In this document: in pieces, positions 10,113-22,200 of the stretch | How positions within the stretch are numbered: position 1 is the stretch's first letter | Layout of the letters: each line of letters opens with the position of its first letter | Assembly: GCA_905178155.1 (NCBI GenBank) | Contig: CAJINV010000002.1 | Location: 565,493-629,492 of the forward strand | Length of the DNA stretch: 64,000 nucleotides | Source: Amoebophrya sp. A120 | Taxonomy: Eukaryota > Protista > Dinoflagellata | Direction: 5' to 3' | Program-made: the position numbers and the translations under genes | Notes under the pieces: generated by a model | Told to the model about the DNA's origin: nothing | The model's database searches: none | Seen by the model: only the letters and a program-made list of their open reading frames with translations

Positions 10113-13100
10113 TTGCACCTGATCGTACAACGTTTTCTCTTTTTGCTTCAAAACTTGGATTATCACCTGCAGGTATGTCGGAGTTTGGAAAGAACTTGTG
10201 ATGCGGGCTCGACAGTCATGAGGACGCCTCCAATCGCAGCGAAGCACGACAAGTTTTTGAGTCGCTAGGCGTTGCCCATTCTGCATGGCAAACTGCGTTT
10301 CTGCATGACAGTAACCACTCGGGGCGCTTGGATAACGTACATGACAGACTTGAGACTCATGCTGGCCGAGCATGACAAACCTGGCCTTCTGCCCGACCCA
10401 GACATATTTGCAATTGATATGGAGAATTTTCTGGTAGGGTTCGAGCCGCAAAGCAACGTATTGTTCCGTAATTTTGTCGTACTCTTGGTTCGCGGCTTTT
10501 GTCATAGAAGTTGAGGATGTAGTACAACCACCGCCGGGTTGATGCGACTGCATTATGTTGTTCGTGGCACCAACATCAGAAAGTGATGTTTTGGACCATG
10601 TTGAAGATGAAGTCGGAATCATTTGTGCTGCTGAAACACCACGACTACCAGCAACACCTGCAGATGACCTGTCCGAGCTGACGTTCCCAAAGGAAGACTC
10701 GTGTGTAGTGGTCGTGTTGCTGGAATTTGTGTTGGTATCCTGTGCAAAAGTATCGCAATCTTCGTAGTGATTGCAGGTATGCATCAGCATTACAAACTCC
10801 TTTCTTATGGTAAATCCGCATTACAAACTCCATTTCTCATCCTGGTTGAATTCGTACTAGTACGATGCTTTTGTTTTGCAATCCTTAGATGGTGGAATTT
10901 AGCAATGTGTTGAAAACTGCCCCTGCGGAGGTAGGCGGAGGGGGCTCGTCTAGCACTTCATCTTTGTTCTCCATCTCCGGGTGGTCGTGGTCGAAAATAG
11001 ATTCGTTTTTGCCCATAGTTGCAGAAGTTCCTGGATGCTGATTCCCCTGCAGCTTGATGTAGTTTTCTTCTTCTTCTTCTTCTTCTTCTTCTCTCACCGA
11101 CAGCACATTCATCTGTTTCAAGATCGGATCCACATCGTCCAGATCCTCCTCCTCGTTCACCGTGCCAATCGACGACATGAGCACAGATGGGTTCACCGCG
11201 GTTCTTTTGTGCTTCTTATTACTAGATGTTTGTTCCCCCGGAGCAGCTGCACCTCCGGGGTTGACTGAAATAGTTGACCCTGTGGAAGTTGTTGACAACA
11301 CGGAGGAATTAATGATCTTGTTTCTCGACGTAGACACGGCATTCAATCTCCCGTGTAGTTGCTGCTGTTGCTGCCCCCCGGAGGTTCCACGTGGGGCTGG
11401 GGAGTAAGTCGTGCGTTGTGGTTTATTTTTCAATTTTAAATTTTCATTTGTTTTCCCAGGAACGACACCTCCGCCACTCCCGCTGTTCAAATTCCGGGTG
11501 TTCACGTCTTGGTCATAGTAAAGCGAGTTACTGTTCGTGTGCTGCTGATGGCCATGTTGTTGCAGTCCTGATGAAGTAGTTCTATTCAGCCCGGATGATG
11601 ATGATCCCGATCGTCCGGCATGAAGATTTTTACTGTGCGGGGACACCAGAATGGAGCTCGGCGACGGAAAATTTTTCTCCTTCCAAACTAAGGTCCGCTC
11701 GAGACTGAGGTTCAGGAGGTGGAGCGCTCGGAGTTGAAACTCTGCTTCTTTCACTTCTAATTCCTCTTCGTCAACGTTCTGCAGCAAAACGTGCATCTTC
11801 GGCGCCTGGTCTGGGGGAATCGTGGGGGACTTGGCAGGAACACCAAGCTGGTTATTTTCCGGTGGCGGTGACAGAGCGTACCTGAGTTTATGCTTTTCCT
11901 TTCACTTCGTAGTTCATTCTGCGTTCCTTGCATTACAAACTAACCAAGCTTCTCGCAAAGTATACAAAAAGCCATCTCGTCAACCAAACTCATGATCAAG
12001 CAGAAGCAAGCCCTTCCATACCATATGTTCCACATCTCCTTCGACCCCTCCTTATCCGCCACTCCACCCACCGGTATGACCACTGTGCCCAGGATCTTTT
12101 GCTCACGCGTCTTATTTATGCATTGCAAAAGTATCACACTCGTATAAATGCATTACAAATTTCCTCAGCATGAGAAATTAAATTTGTAATGCGGATTTAC
12201 CTTGAGAAAAAAATTTGTAATGCATGATTGCAATACGAGTACGACTACGATACTTTTGCTCGCGCGTCTTATTTTCAAAAACCGTCAACTCAACCACCTG
12301 TTGATCAGACTTCGTGCATTCCTCGATGTCGCTGAGGTAATTCGACGGTGATGCTGCACACGAACTGCCCGTAGTACCGATATGAATTGCAAAAGCATCG
12401 TACTAGTAGTATAAATTGCATTACAAATTAGCTCAGCGTGAAAAATCAATCGGGTGCTCGCTTCTTCAGGCGAGCGAGTAACTGTTTAGCGTACTTTCTA
12501 TGTTCCTGCTTGTAAATAGCTGGTGAATAGTGTTTCAACTTATCACCACCGGAGCTTGATGAAACAAAACCCTTTTTAGCTGTGAGCCAGTCAAGCTCGG
12601 GGAGTTGCCTGGGAGAATGTCAGCCGGAGCCAGCAATCAGCCCTGGCTTCAGATGGGCGCAATACTACCTCCTCATCCGTACTGCACCTATCAACCTCCG
12701 CACAACCGCAAGGTCCTAAGCAAGCCGCCTCTGCTTGCCCTTCCTTGCGTCAGAACAGGCGCCAAAGAACTGGCAGGTCCTAAGCAAGACGCCTCTTCTT
12801 GCCCTTCCTGCCGACCCTACCTGAGCCTGAGCTCTGGCAGTGGTACGTAAACGCCACCAAGAGACACAGGAAAACACGGAGTTATGCCCTGCATCTCCCA
12901 GTTGCCCCCCTTTACCCTAGCCCTAACCCTTGAACCCTACTGCAGCGCCGCATTACTCGGCGCCCGACTACTTCGCAGCACTCCTGGATTGGTTGTAGGT
13001 CCATTTTTGCTTCATATTTGCGCCTTTTGATGTCCTGCGTCGCTCGTTAGTGACTCTTGACCCGAAAGTAGGAGGTGCGTCGGGGTCGGCATCTCCGAAA

Positions 13101-14075
13101 GCACTTTTGCGTTGAGATTAGTCGCTGCTATAGTGAAAAAAGGAAACCGTAGGATCGTCTACTACTTCCTTTCCCGTCAAAAAGGATCAGCGTGAAAAAT
13201 GAAATTTGTCATGCTAAATTACCTAAGAAACCAGATTTGTCATGCTAGTCTGGCATTTATACGAGTACGATACTTTTGTTTTGGATAACCGAATTCCGGT
13301 GACAACTTCGCTTTCCCGTCATTCACGATCGGGATCTGGACAGGCCTATGAATTGCAAAAATGTCTGGGTCTGGAAGATTGGAACTTGTCATGCTGCATC
13401 TGGATCATGCAAAAATTTGTGTTGCATGATTACCAAAAGATGTCCGCTTTTGACCAGGTTGACAGGGAGTTTCTCATGCAGGATAGGCATGATAGACATC
13501 TCACAGCATCTCTCATGCTAGGTGCTGCATGCCAGGCCTCATGGGTCATGGAAAACCTGCATCACAAATCTCGCATTCTTCCAGACCCAGACATTTCTAC
13601 ATTCGATAGGGCCGGCCGTGCGATTTTTTTCCAGCTCCTACAGCTGTGCTTTCAACATCTTCTCCAGGAGTTGTACCAGCGACGGTAGGGACGCTGAGAA
13701 TTTTTGGGCGAAAATTATACAGGGTTGCACTCCCATTATTACTGTGACCGGACAGGGGAGACGGTGCGGCGTTTGTTTTCACTTCCACCACGTATTCGGT
13801 CGGTGGGGAGGTGGAGGAAGAGGAATAATCGGGTGCAGTTCTTATCCTGTGCAAAAGTATCGCACTCGTAGCAATTGCAATCATGCATTTACAAATTTTT
13901 TTCTGGAGCTAAATCCGCATTACAAATTTTATTTCTCATGCTGAGGAAATTTGTAATGCATTTATACGAGTACGATACTTTTGCAATGCATAGCTCTTGC
14001 GCTGGATTGACGTTTATTTGGTGATTCCACGTTCCCGAGTTCGAGAACGTGGAGCAGCAGCAACATCTTGCTGAT
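10113..14075 (-). CDS. Multi-exon host gene with a C2-like segment and long low-complexity regions; interrupted by the large transposon; 5' limit uncertain (possibly to ~15760)
   Basis: Exons between introners read VELTVFENKTREQKILGTVVIPVGG...KEMWNIWYG (C2-like strands), plus ORF 10885-11796 and the coding parts of 10101-10790. Confidence 0.5.
12381..13287. mobile_element. Family A introner carrying a nested 740-bp insertion
   Basis: TAT...ATA ends, TSD ACCGA, family A TIR. Confidence 0.9.
12447..13186. mobile_element. 740-bp insertion with 14-bp TSD (retroposon-like)
   Basis: TCAGCGTGAAAAAT duplicated at 12433-12446 and 13187-13200; no TIR seen. Confidence 0.75.
13347..13608. mobile_element. 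Family B introner (~260-290 bp; TIR TGCAAAAATGTCTGGGTCTGGAAG); other copies include 15243-15514, 17535-17794, 19237-19523, 26489-26752, 31238-31487, 32739-33010, 61787-62060, 62861-63123
   Basis: TAT...ATA ends. 5-bp TSDs read for several of these copies: GAAGT, CTCCA, TCCAG, GCAGT, ACTCC, CGCCT, GCTCG. Confidence 0.92.
13843..13992. mobile_element. Family A introner (~145-160 bp; TIR TGCAAAAGTATCGTACTCGTA); other copies include 15578-15727, 18451-18607, 19978-20129, 20742-20892, 41471-41630, 47370-47519, 63157-63303
   Basis: TAT...ATA ends. TSDs of the listed copies: TGCGG, CCGTT, CTTTT, GACAG, ATAAG, CCGGT, TTCCG. Confidence 0.92.
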
Positions 14076-16217
14076 GAGTACAGCTGTTCTAACTATAGCA
14101 AAAATCTACTTAGATAAACTAGAGCAGCTCTACTTTATATTTTTGCGCTGACCACTCCTGTGGCCATCAGGGTTGAGAAATCTTGACGTTGCAAGTTGCT
14201 CGTAGAAGTACTAGTGGTCTAGCTCTAATATCAAATGAGGATGCGAAAAGACACGCTCGTGTGATACGTAACAATTAGAAGTGTGTCTTTATTCATCTTC
14301 ATCTTTACGAAAAAAAGTTGTCCTCCCTTGCTTTCTTTCACTTGGCAGGCGACTCAGCAACACACGATTAGAAGCGGCACGAAAAAAAACCTTGTGTGAT
14401 TCTTTGTTCCTTAAGTATCGGACGGGATTGCAGCTCGATGACGCGGACGACAGAACCGAAAAGGAAAAACAAATGGAATAGGCAAGGTGGTATAGACGTG
14501 TATACAGCGACTCGTAGACCGAAAATTTTCCAACCGACAAGAAATGGAGCAAAAAGAACCACCTCAAAACAGGGACCGAGGGACTATCATCCGTGCAGCA
14601 CGCGAGTAAATTTTCAGCACGCGAATAGATATCATCAATTTCAATATACAACAATAAAGCCGCCACCTGCCCCCGCAACCGCATCGGTTATGCTCCTCGT
14701 CCACCAATCTTGACGCAAGTCCAGAAGAAACGCCATCATCACGACCACTGGTGCTTACAGTTCGATTGTGCAAAGAAACCTTCGAAAAGCAAGATCGAAA
14801 CAGCGAAGCATTCATCTTCATTCGGTATTTTTGTAGTTGTACTGGCGTGTGAAATAATTTGAGTCAGCATGTTGAGCTTGCAGTTTATGGTGATGTTATC
14901 CCACTTTCGTAAATGAAGGACAAACAAATAGTGAAGAAGGTACTTACTTCTCGTGAAGACGGCGCTTTGGCCCCCCGTGCCGAAATGAGGTAAAAATTTG
15001 AACTGGTGTAACAAGCAACATTCTTGTACATTTTTCCTATTGGCGTCAAGGCGTATATTAAGAGAATAAACAAACTTGAACTTCGTGACGCCGAGCCTGC
15101 GTTGATGAATACTATCTGTAAGTTACATACAGAGCTCGCGGCAGCTGCAGTTTTAATAGGCGCTCTAAAAAATAGACTTCGTTGACAATGTTCGATAAAC
15201 AGCGAACGAGGAACTGCATGATAATCCGGAAAAATATGAAGTTATCAACTGTAAAAATGTCTGGGTCTGGAAGAATCCAACTTGTTATGCTGATTTTGGA
15301 TTTTAAGAAAATCTGTATTGCACGAGCAGCAAAGAGAGTCCAAGTTTTGCTACACGGAAAGAGCATACATTTGTCATGCGGTATAGGCATCAGGAAGCCC
15401 TCACAAAATCTGTGATGCTAGGGCATGCATCACAGACATCAGGAGTCATGCAAAATGTGCATGACAAACGCAAACCTGGCAATCTTCCAGACCCAGACAT
15501 TTTTACATTTGATAGAAGTGACCCTGCGCACGACCTCCTGACCGCGGCCCCGCGCGCTTTGGCAACGGTGGTTGCGGTATGAACTGTAAAAGCATCGTAC
15601 TAGTATAAATTGCATTACAAATTAGCCCAGCATTACAAATTGAATTTGTAATGCTGATTTACCTTGCGAAAAAGATTTGTATTGCATAAATGCAATTACT
15701 ACTAGTACGATACTTTTGCAGTTCATATGCGGCCATGAAGACGGCTTGAAATTGGTAATACATTGGTGTAAAAGAAGTAGAAGTAGCATATCAACATGTT
15801 GATTTTGATGTAGAAAGCAAACCCGAAAAAAAAAGAAATTGTTGCAGATCTTTGGCAAAATTTCCGTGCAGCTGCTCTAAAGACCACCACGACAACATAT
15901 CGTGGATTTTAAGAAGTGAGTGTAGAAAGAGCAATGCCTGATTTTGTGTTAGTTTGAAAACTAACATTGATGTTTTACGTAAAAAATATAGAAGTGGTAG
16001 GAAAATAAAACCCCCTACTGTTTGTTTGCTTATTCTAATAAAGTCGTGGCTTTCTGCCCGTTGAGTGATGAATTTATTCTATTCGGCGCTTTCGCCTCAG
16101 AGTATCCGTTTGTCTACTCATTATCGCCTGGATAAAGTTGTCGATAGATTATTACTGTAAACCAGTCAACACCCCAGCTGCTTCCTCCTTGTTGTCTCTC
16201 CCCCGACGTCCTTACCC

Positions 16218-19200
16218 TCACTTCGGCGCCGTCCTTTTTTTCAATTCCTCATATCGCAAGGAAAAATCCCCCCTCCCCATATTGACGTGGTAGGCTTTCG
16301 AAAATTTGTGTTGCTGACTTGTGATCACAAATCGCGTCTGTCTTGCAAGACGGCAACTCCACCGGCTCCGCCGCATTATGCGGGCGGTTTATCTTCATGC
16401 TGTGGGGCCTACAGCACGGACGTTTTTCATGCTAAGCTCCTAGGTCAAAGCCTCTCTACTCAGGCTTGATATGGGTCTGCAGTCCTCTCCAGCAACACAA
16501 ATCTGATTTGTGTACTCAAATCCAGCATCAGAAACTTTGTTTTGATATGGGGAGGAGGGATTTTTCCTTTTGATACCTCATTCTCCGCTGTCAGCCGCAC
16601 ATTTTCCGCGTCCATTTCGCTATCCAGGGAAAAAAGTGTAACAGTTACACACTTGTTGGAGTTTCTGCATCACAAAGTTGCTCGACATGTTGGCAAAGAA
16701 AACCTGTGATGCGCAGACTGTATGTAAGGCAAAACACAAAGGAAAGGAGGCTGGCCCTGGCAAGCATTTCCTGCAGGAAAGAGGTTGTCTGTCTTGCTTG
16801 TCTTCCATCAGAGTGTGTAACTGTAACACTATTTTTCTCACGATATTCGCCTATCAAAGCGTACTGCTGATCCAACGTTTTGTACAAAGTTTGCAAGTCC
16901 GCCGTCCCGCCCGTCGCCGTGGAATTTATCGGTTTTTCCATGGTGGTTGCGTTCTGAATGGTGGTGGCGTTTAAGGACGTTGCGTTCATCAAGCTTGTAC
17001 TCGTGATCGCACTGGTATTGGTTCGGTCCTGCCCGCCCACCGCTGCGCCGGAGTCGTTGACATTCGACGAGCTTTTCCTCACTTCCGCCAACAACGCTTC
17101 CAACTTTTTGTTGCGCTGCCGCTCCAACTTTGTTAGCTCTTTCTCCTGCTGGAGGTCGTTTTTCAACCTGGTCGACTCGATCAGCGATCTGTCCTGCTGG
17201 GCCCGGGAGGCGGCGAGGTCGCGCTCCAGGTTGAAGCGACGCAGCTCGACCTCCTTCACCGCTTGGCCGGAAACCTTTTGTAAGAGTTGAAGTTGTGACA
17301 TCAAACTCAAGTACTTGTTACTTATACTAGATCCAACACTTCTCCCAAGTCGAGTCAAATTTACCTATACCGCTGCTGTTGTCTTCGTGCCATGTCAATG
17401 AGAAAACATTTTTAGAAGGTTGTTGCCAAGTTCAAACCTGAAACACATGATCCTCAAAATCAGTACGAAAATCTCCTGCTCAAACTCCCTTTCCCGCCTT
17501 AATTTCTCCTCCGCCTCCTGCGTCAATCCCTCCATATGGATTGCAAAAGTGTCTGGGTCTGGAAAGTTGGAGCGTGTAATGATGGTCCTGCATTCCTGTG
17601 AAATCTGTATTGCATGACCAACAAAAGTGGTACTTAGCCTCTCACGTCTTACAAAAACGCAGTTTCTCATGCGGAGTTCGTATGATAAAGCGATGTGCAG
17701 ACTTGTTATGCTTTCCTGCATGAGGAAGTGACTTCCTCTTGCACATTTTAGCATCACAAATTTCCAGACCCAGATGACATGTTTGCATTTGATACTCCAA
17801 CCGCTGGCACAAATCGCTCACCTGCTGTTTCAAGGCCACCACGTTCAAGCCCTCTTGCCTCGCGGTATGGCGTTCTCAACTGTTACATGCTCAACTGCAA
17901 TGATGCAAGAATGGCAAAAGTGCAAGGCGGAAGATTGCGCCTTTTGCATTACAACTTTGGCGCAGATTATAATGCTATCCGGTGCGACGTCGAGAACTTG
18001 TCATGCGAAGCAGCTTGACGTTGATCCTGTAGATGATACGCATTTATTCAATTTTGCATTACAAATCCATGCAACAGTTGAGAATGTAACGCTTGAGAAC
18101 CCCATATGCGGCGGACAGCGCGCGCTCCTCCGCGTCAATCAAGGCTTTGTTCCTAACGGAGTGGGTATCAGAGTGCACAACTGCTTCTCCTCCCCCTCAT
18201 TTGGAGAGCATGAACAGCAATACAAACGCCAACACATTCACTTGTGGCGCGTGTGCATGACAAATCTTCTATGCGCCGACTAGAACTGTTTGGGCTTCCA
18301 GAATTTGTCATGCCAACAGCGGCGCTACAGGGCTGCAACTGGATTTGGGATTTTGCATGGGTAGTTGTGCACTCTGATAGTAGTCGGACAGCTTCTTCGA
18401 CGATTCCTCCCGCTCGACGGTCAGTTGCTTTATCGTCTTCTCCTGCCGTTTATGCATTGCAAAAGCATCGTCCTAGTGGAAATTGCATTTACAATTTTTT
18501 CCAGAATGAAAAGTCCAATTTGTAATGCGGATTCGGGTAAAGTGGAAGTGGATGATTTGTCATGCATCGCTGCAATTACTACGAGTACGATACTTTTGCA
18601 GTGCATACCGTTGTGATTCTTCCACGATCTCCTTGTACAATTGGATCATGTCGTCCCGCTCTAATTCCGTTTTCTTCAGCTGCTGTGCGTAGGTTTGCTG
18701 CATCGAGTCCGACTTCGATTTTTCCGCGGAGAAGACTTCCCGATCCCTTTGTAAAACGGACAATTCTTCATTTAGAGTCGCGTTTTCCCGCGTCATCACC
18801 GACAAATCTTCCGCGTACAAATCTAAATCCCGTCGGTAGTTTAAGTTATCCGCCCGCTGTTGCTCCAAATTCTATTCTGAGTAAAAACATCCCCACCCCA
18901 AAGCTGTCATGCAAATCTGCATGCCAAAGAAGTGTCTCATACGAAACCACATGAGAAGCTTTTTCTAGTCGTGTTTTCGGCTTTGCGACGCTACAAATAG
19001 CATGACGCTCTAGATCTGTGATGCTGCTGAACTAGCCAAACAGGAAAACACTATGAGGACAAACTTGTCATGCGAAATAACCAAAGCTGGCTGATTTGTC
19101 TAGCAGATTTTCCATCTTGACTCAGATATGGGGACGTTTTTACCCAGGATAAATTCTCGTTGAGGTTCAAAATCCGCTCGCTCTGCTCGGAGAGTTGCTT

Positions 19201-22200
19201 CTCCCGGTCGGTTAACTGTTGGGAAGAGACGTCCAGTATCAACTGCAAATATGTCTGGGCCTGGAAGATTGCGAGACATTTGTCATGCATGTTTTGCATG
19301 ATCCATGGCTCCTGTAATGCATGGCCTAGCATCTTCACAGATTTTTTTTTTAGAGGGCTTCCTGATCATGCCTACTCCGCATGACAAATGCCCTTCCCCC
19401 GTAGCACAAACTGGACCCCTTTATTTGCTGGTCATGCAATAGCAATACAGATCTTTTTACAATCCACAGTTAGCATCACAAGTTCGCTTCCTTCCAGACA
19501 TCCAGGGGTATTTGCAATGCATATCCAGCTTCCGCCGCAACTCTTCGATTCCGTTCTGCAGCGCAGATTCCGCTTTGTTGGATTCTTCTAACTGCAATTC
19601 CAAGACCCGGTTTTCCTGCGCTTTCTCGTCCGCGATAGACTGCAGGCTGTCCCTCTCCTTGTCTAGCTCTTTGAGAGCGGATTGAAGTGATTGGATCGTG
19701 ATCTGCTTTTCCTCTAAAATCTCGTCCTTCTTCTCCTTTGTGGATAACATTTCCGACCGCGATTGCCGTTCGAAATCCAACACCCTCTGCGTCTCCTGTA
19801 GCTGCTGCACGAGCTGCTCCCGGGTGTGTTCCAAAGCCGTCATGAGAGACGTAAGCTGCGACTTTTCCGCCTCTAGGTTTACACATTTTTCCTTTAATTC
19901 ACTGTTCTTCGTGCTCAGCTCCTCATTTCCCTTCTCCAAAAACGTGTAGTCGGATTTCTTCGCTTCTGTGACCTTTTTATCCTGTGCAAAAGTATCGTAC
20001 TCGTAGTTGTAATCGCGATTCTGCAAAACAAATTTCGTTTTCAAGCTAAATCAGCATGACAAGTTCCATTTGCCATGCTGAGCTAATTTGTATTGCAATA
20101 CTACGAGTACGATACTTTTGCAATGCATACTTTTCCTTCTCTTTCAGCTCCTGCCGCAGTCGGTCCATTTCCTTCACGAAAACAATCCTCTCCTGCTATC
20201 AAAAGGAAAAATCCCCCCTCCCCATATCGAAAAGGAAATTTGTGATGCTGATTTGTGACCACAAAACAGCTTTGTCTTGCGTACAAGGCAAACGGCACCC
20301 ATGTGGCGTATTGTGCAGCGAGTCTGTCATGCGTTTTCGCATATGTTAGACGTGTTTCGCATGCTCAGTTGCTAGCCGGCTGCGTACCCAAATGGGCTTA
20401 GAATTTGCCGCCACGCTCTTGCTGCAATTCTGTACGCAAATCCAGCATCACAAATTTCCTTTTCGTTATGGAGAGAGGGTTTTTCCTTTTGATACCTGCT
20501 CAAACGCGTTCAACTTCGTCTCGGTCTGGTCCATCGTGAAGGACTGCAGTGACTTCGAAGACTTCAGTTCCTGCAGCTCCTTCTCGATCGTATCGCACTT
20601 CTCTTCCACGAGCTTCTTTTCCTTCTGTAACTCCGTCACCAACACCTCCAGCTTTTCGCTCGATTTTTTCTCGTTGGTGACGATAATCTCGGACTTTTCC
20701 TTCGTGAGAATCAAGTCCTGGTTTTGCTCCGCCAGGGACAGTATGGCCTGCAAAGGTATCGTACTCGTATAAATGCATCACAAATTTTCTTAGCATGAGA
20801 AATAAAATTTGTAATGCGAATTTATTTACCTTTTAAGAAAAAGATTTGTAATGCATGATTGCAATACGAGTGCGATACTTTTGCACAGGATAGACAGAAC
20901 TTCCTGTTGAATGGACGTCATCTCCTGGTTGAACTGCGCGACCTTGTCTAAGAGTTGCTGCTTTTCTAGCTTCAGTTCCTGCTGTAAAGATTCGTTGCGG
21001 GATAGAAGTTATGAATTGCAAAAGTATCGCACTCGTATCTTAAATGCATGACAAATTCTCTCAGCATGAGAAATAAAATTTGTATTGCGGATTTACCTTG
21101 AGAACAAAATTTGTAATGCATGATTGCAATACGAGTACGATACTTTTGCAAGTCATAAAAGTTTCTCGTTTTCGATCTTCAAAGAGGCGTTTTCCAGGTC
21201 CTGTTCCTTCCTAGATTTTATCAACTGCAAATACGTTGAAGAAACTTGTGATGCAAGTCTGCCTATGATTGGCGCACTGCAATACGCAGGCAAGCATGAC
21301 AAGTTCTGGAGCTGCTCCTATATGTTGCGCATTTCGCATGGCAAAGTGCGCCCTTGCGTGACAGGCAAGGGGATCTTTTCCTGCTCATGCATCACAGAGT
21401 TAAAGAGGCATGCCAGCCGAGCATGACAGTCTTGCATTCTTCCAGACCCAGACATATTTGCACTGCCTAGATTTCGAATGCTCAGAAGTGAGCCGGACGA
21501 TGTCGGATTCTTTACCTTTTATTGTTTTATGTTTCACAAGTATGGATGGTTGTCTTCGTCACGCAGACACCAACAGAGGTATGAGAGGGTGCTTGTCATC
21601 TTCATGCACCGGTGAAGCTCGCATAAAATCAATGAAAAAGCAAAACAAAGAATATCAAAAATCCTACTCATTTCGGTCCGCATGGCTTTTTCCAATTTCT
21701 CCTCAAGATCCGCCTTTTCTCTTTTCGACTCTTTCAGCTTTTCCACCCACGTGCTGCACTCGGTCTGCAATATCCAGGAAAAAAAGTGTGTAACTGTAAC
21801 TTTCCTGGAGGAACAGCATCACAAATTTGCTCTGCATGACAGAGAAAACCTCTCATGCGTGGCTTGTAAGGGAAAACACAAGCGAAAAGAGGACTTCATG
21901 ATGGTTGTCTGACATGACAGGCGTAACTCTGTTGCATGTTCTGCATGACAGAGTTAATAATACACCTACACACTTTTTCTCTTGCATATGCAAGCTCGTC
22001 CGTTCGGTCTCGAGGAGGGCGATGCGCTCCTGCGCGTCGTTGAGCAGGCGCTTGGCAGAAGCGTGGGAGGCCTGGTGTAGTTGTATTTGGTAAAATTAGC
22101 ATGAGAAAAAACGTTATTGAATGTAGATTTTTGCATGACAAGTTCATTTTCATCACTATCGCATGGAGTGCCTATTCCGCATTAGAAATGCCCTTCCCGC

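Noticed and set aside
11066-11093. (TTC)n microsatellite, also at ~22808
   Set aside because: It encodes a poly-Glu run in a low-complexity exon.
12914-12939. CCCTAA-like telomeric patch
   Set aside because: Only 3-4 degenerate units inside an insertion; not a telomere.
13145-13153. AACCGTAGG resembling the element leader motif or spliced leader
   Set aside because: It lacks the AAGAGTGAAAA part, has no downstream ORF, and is short enough to occur by chance.
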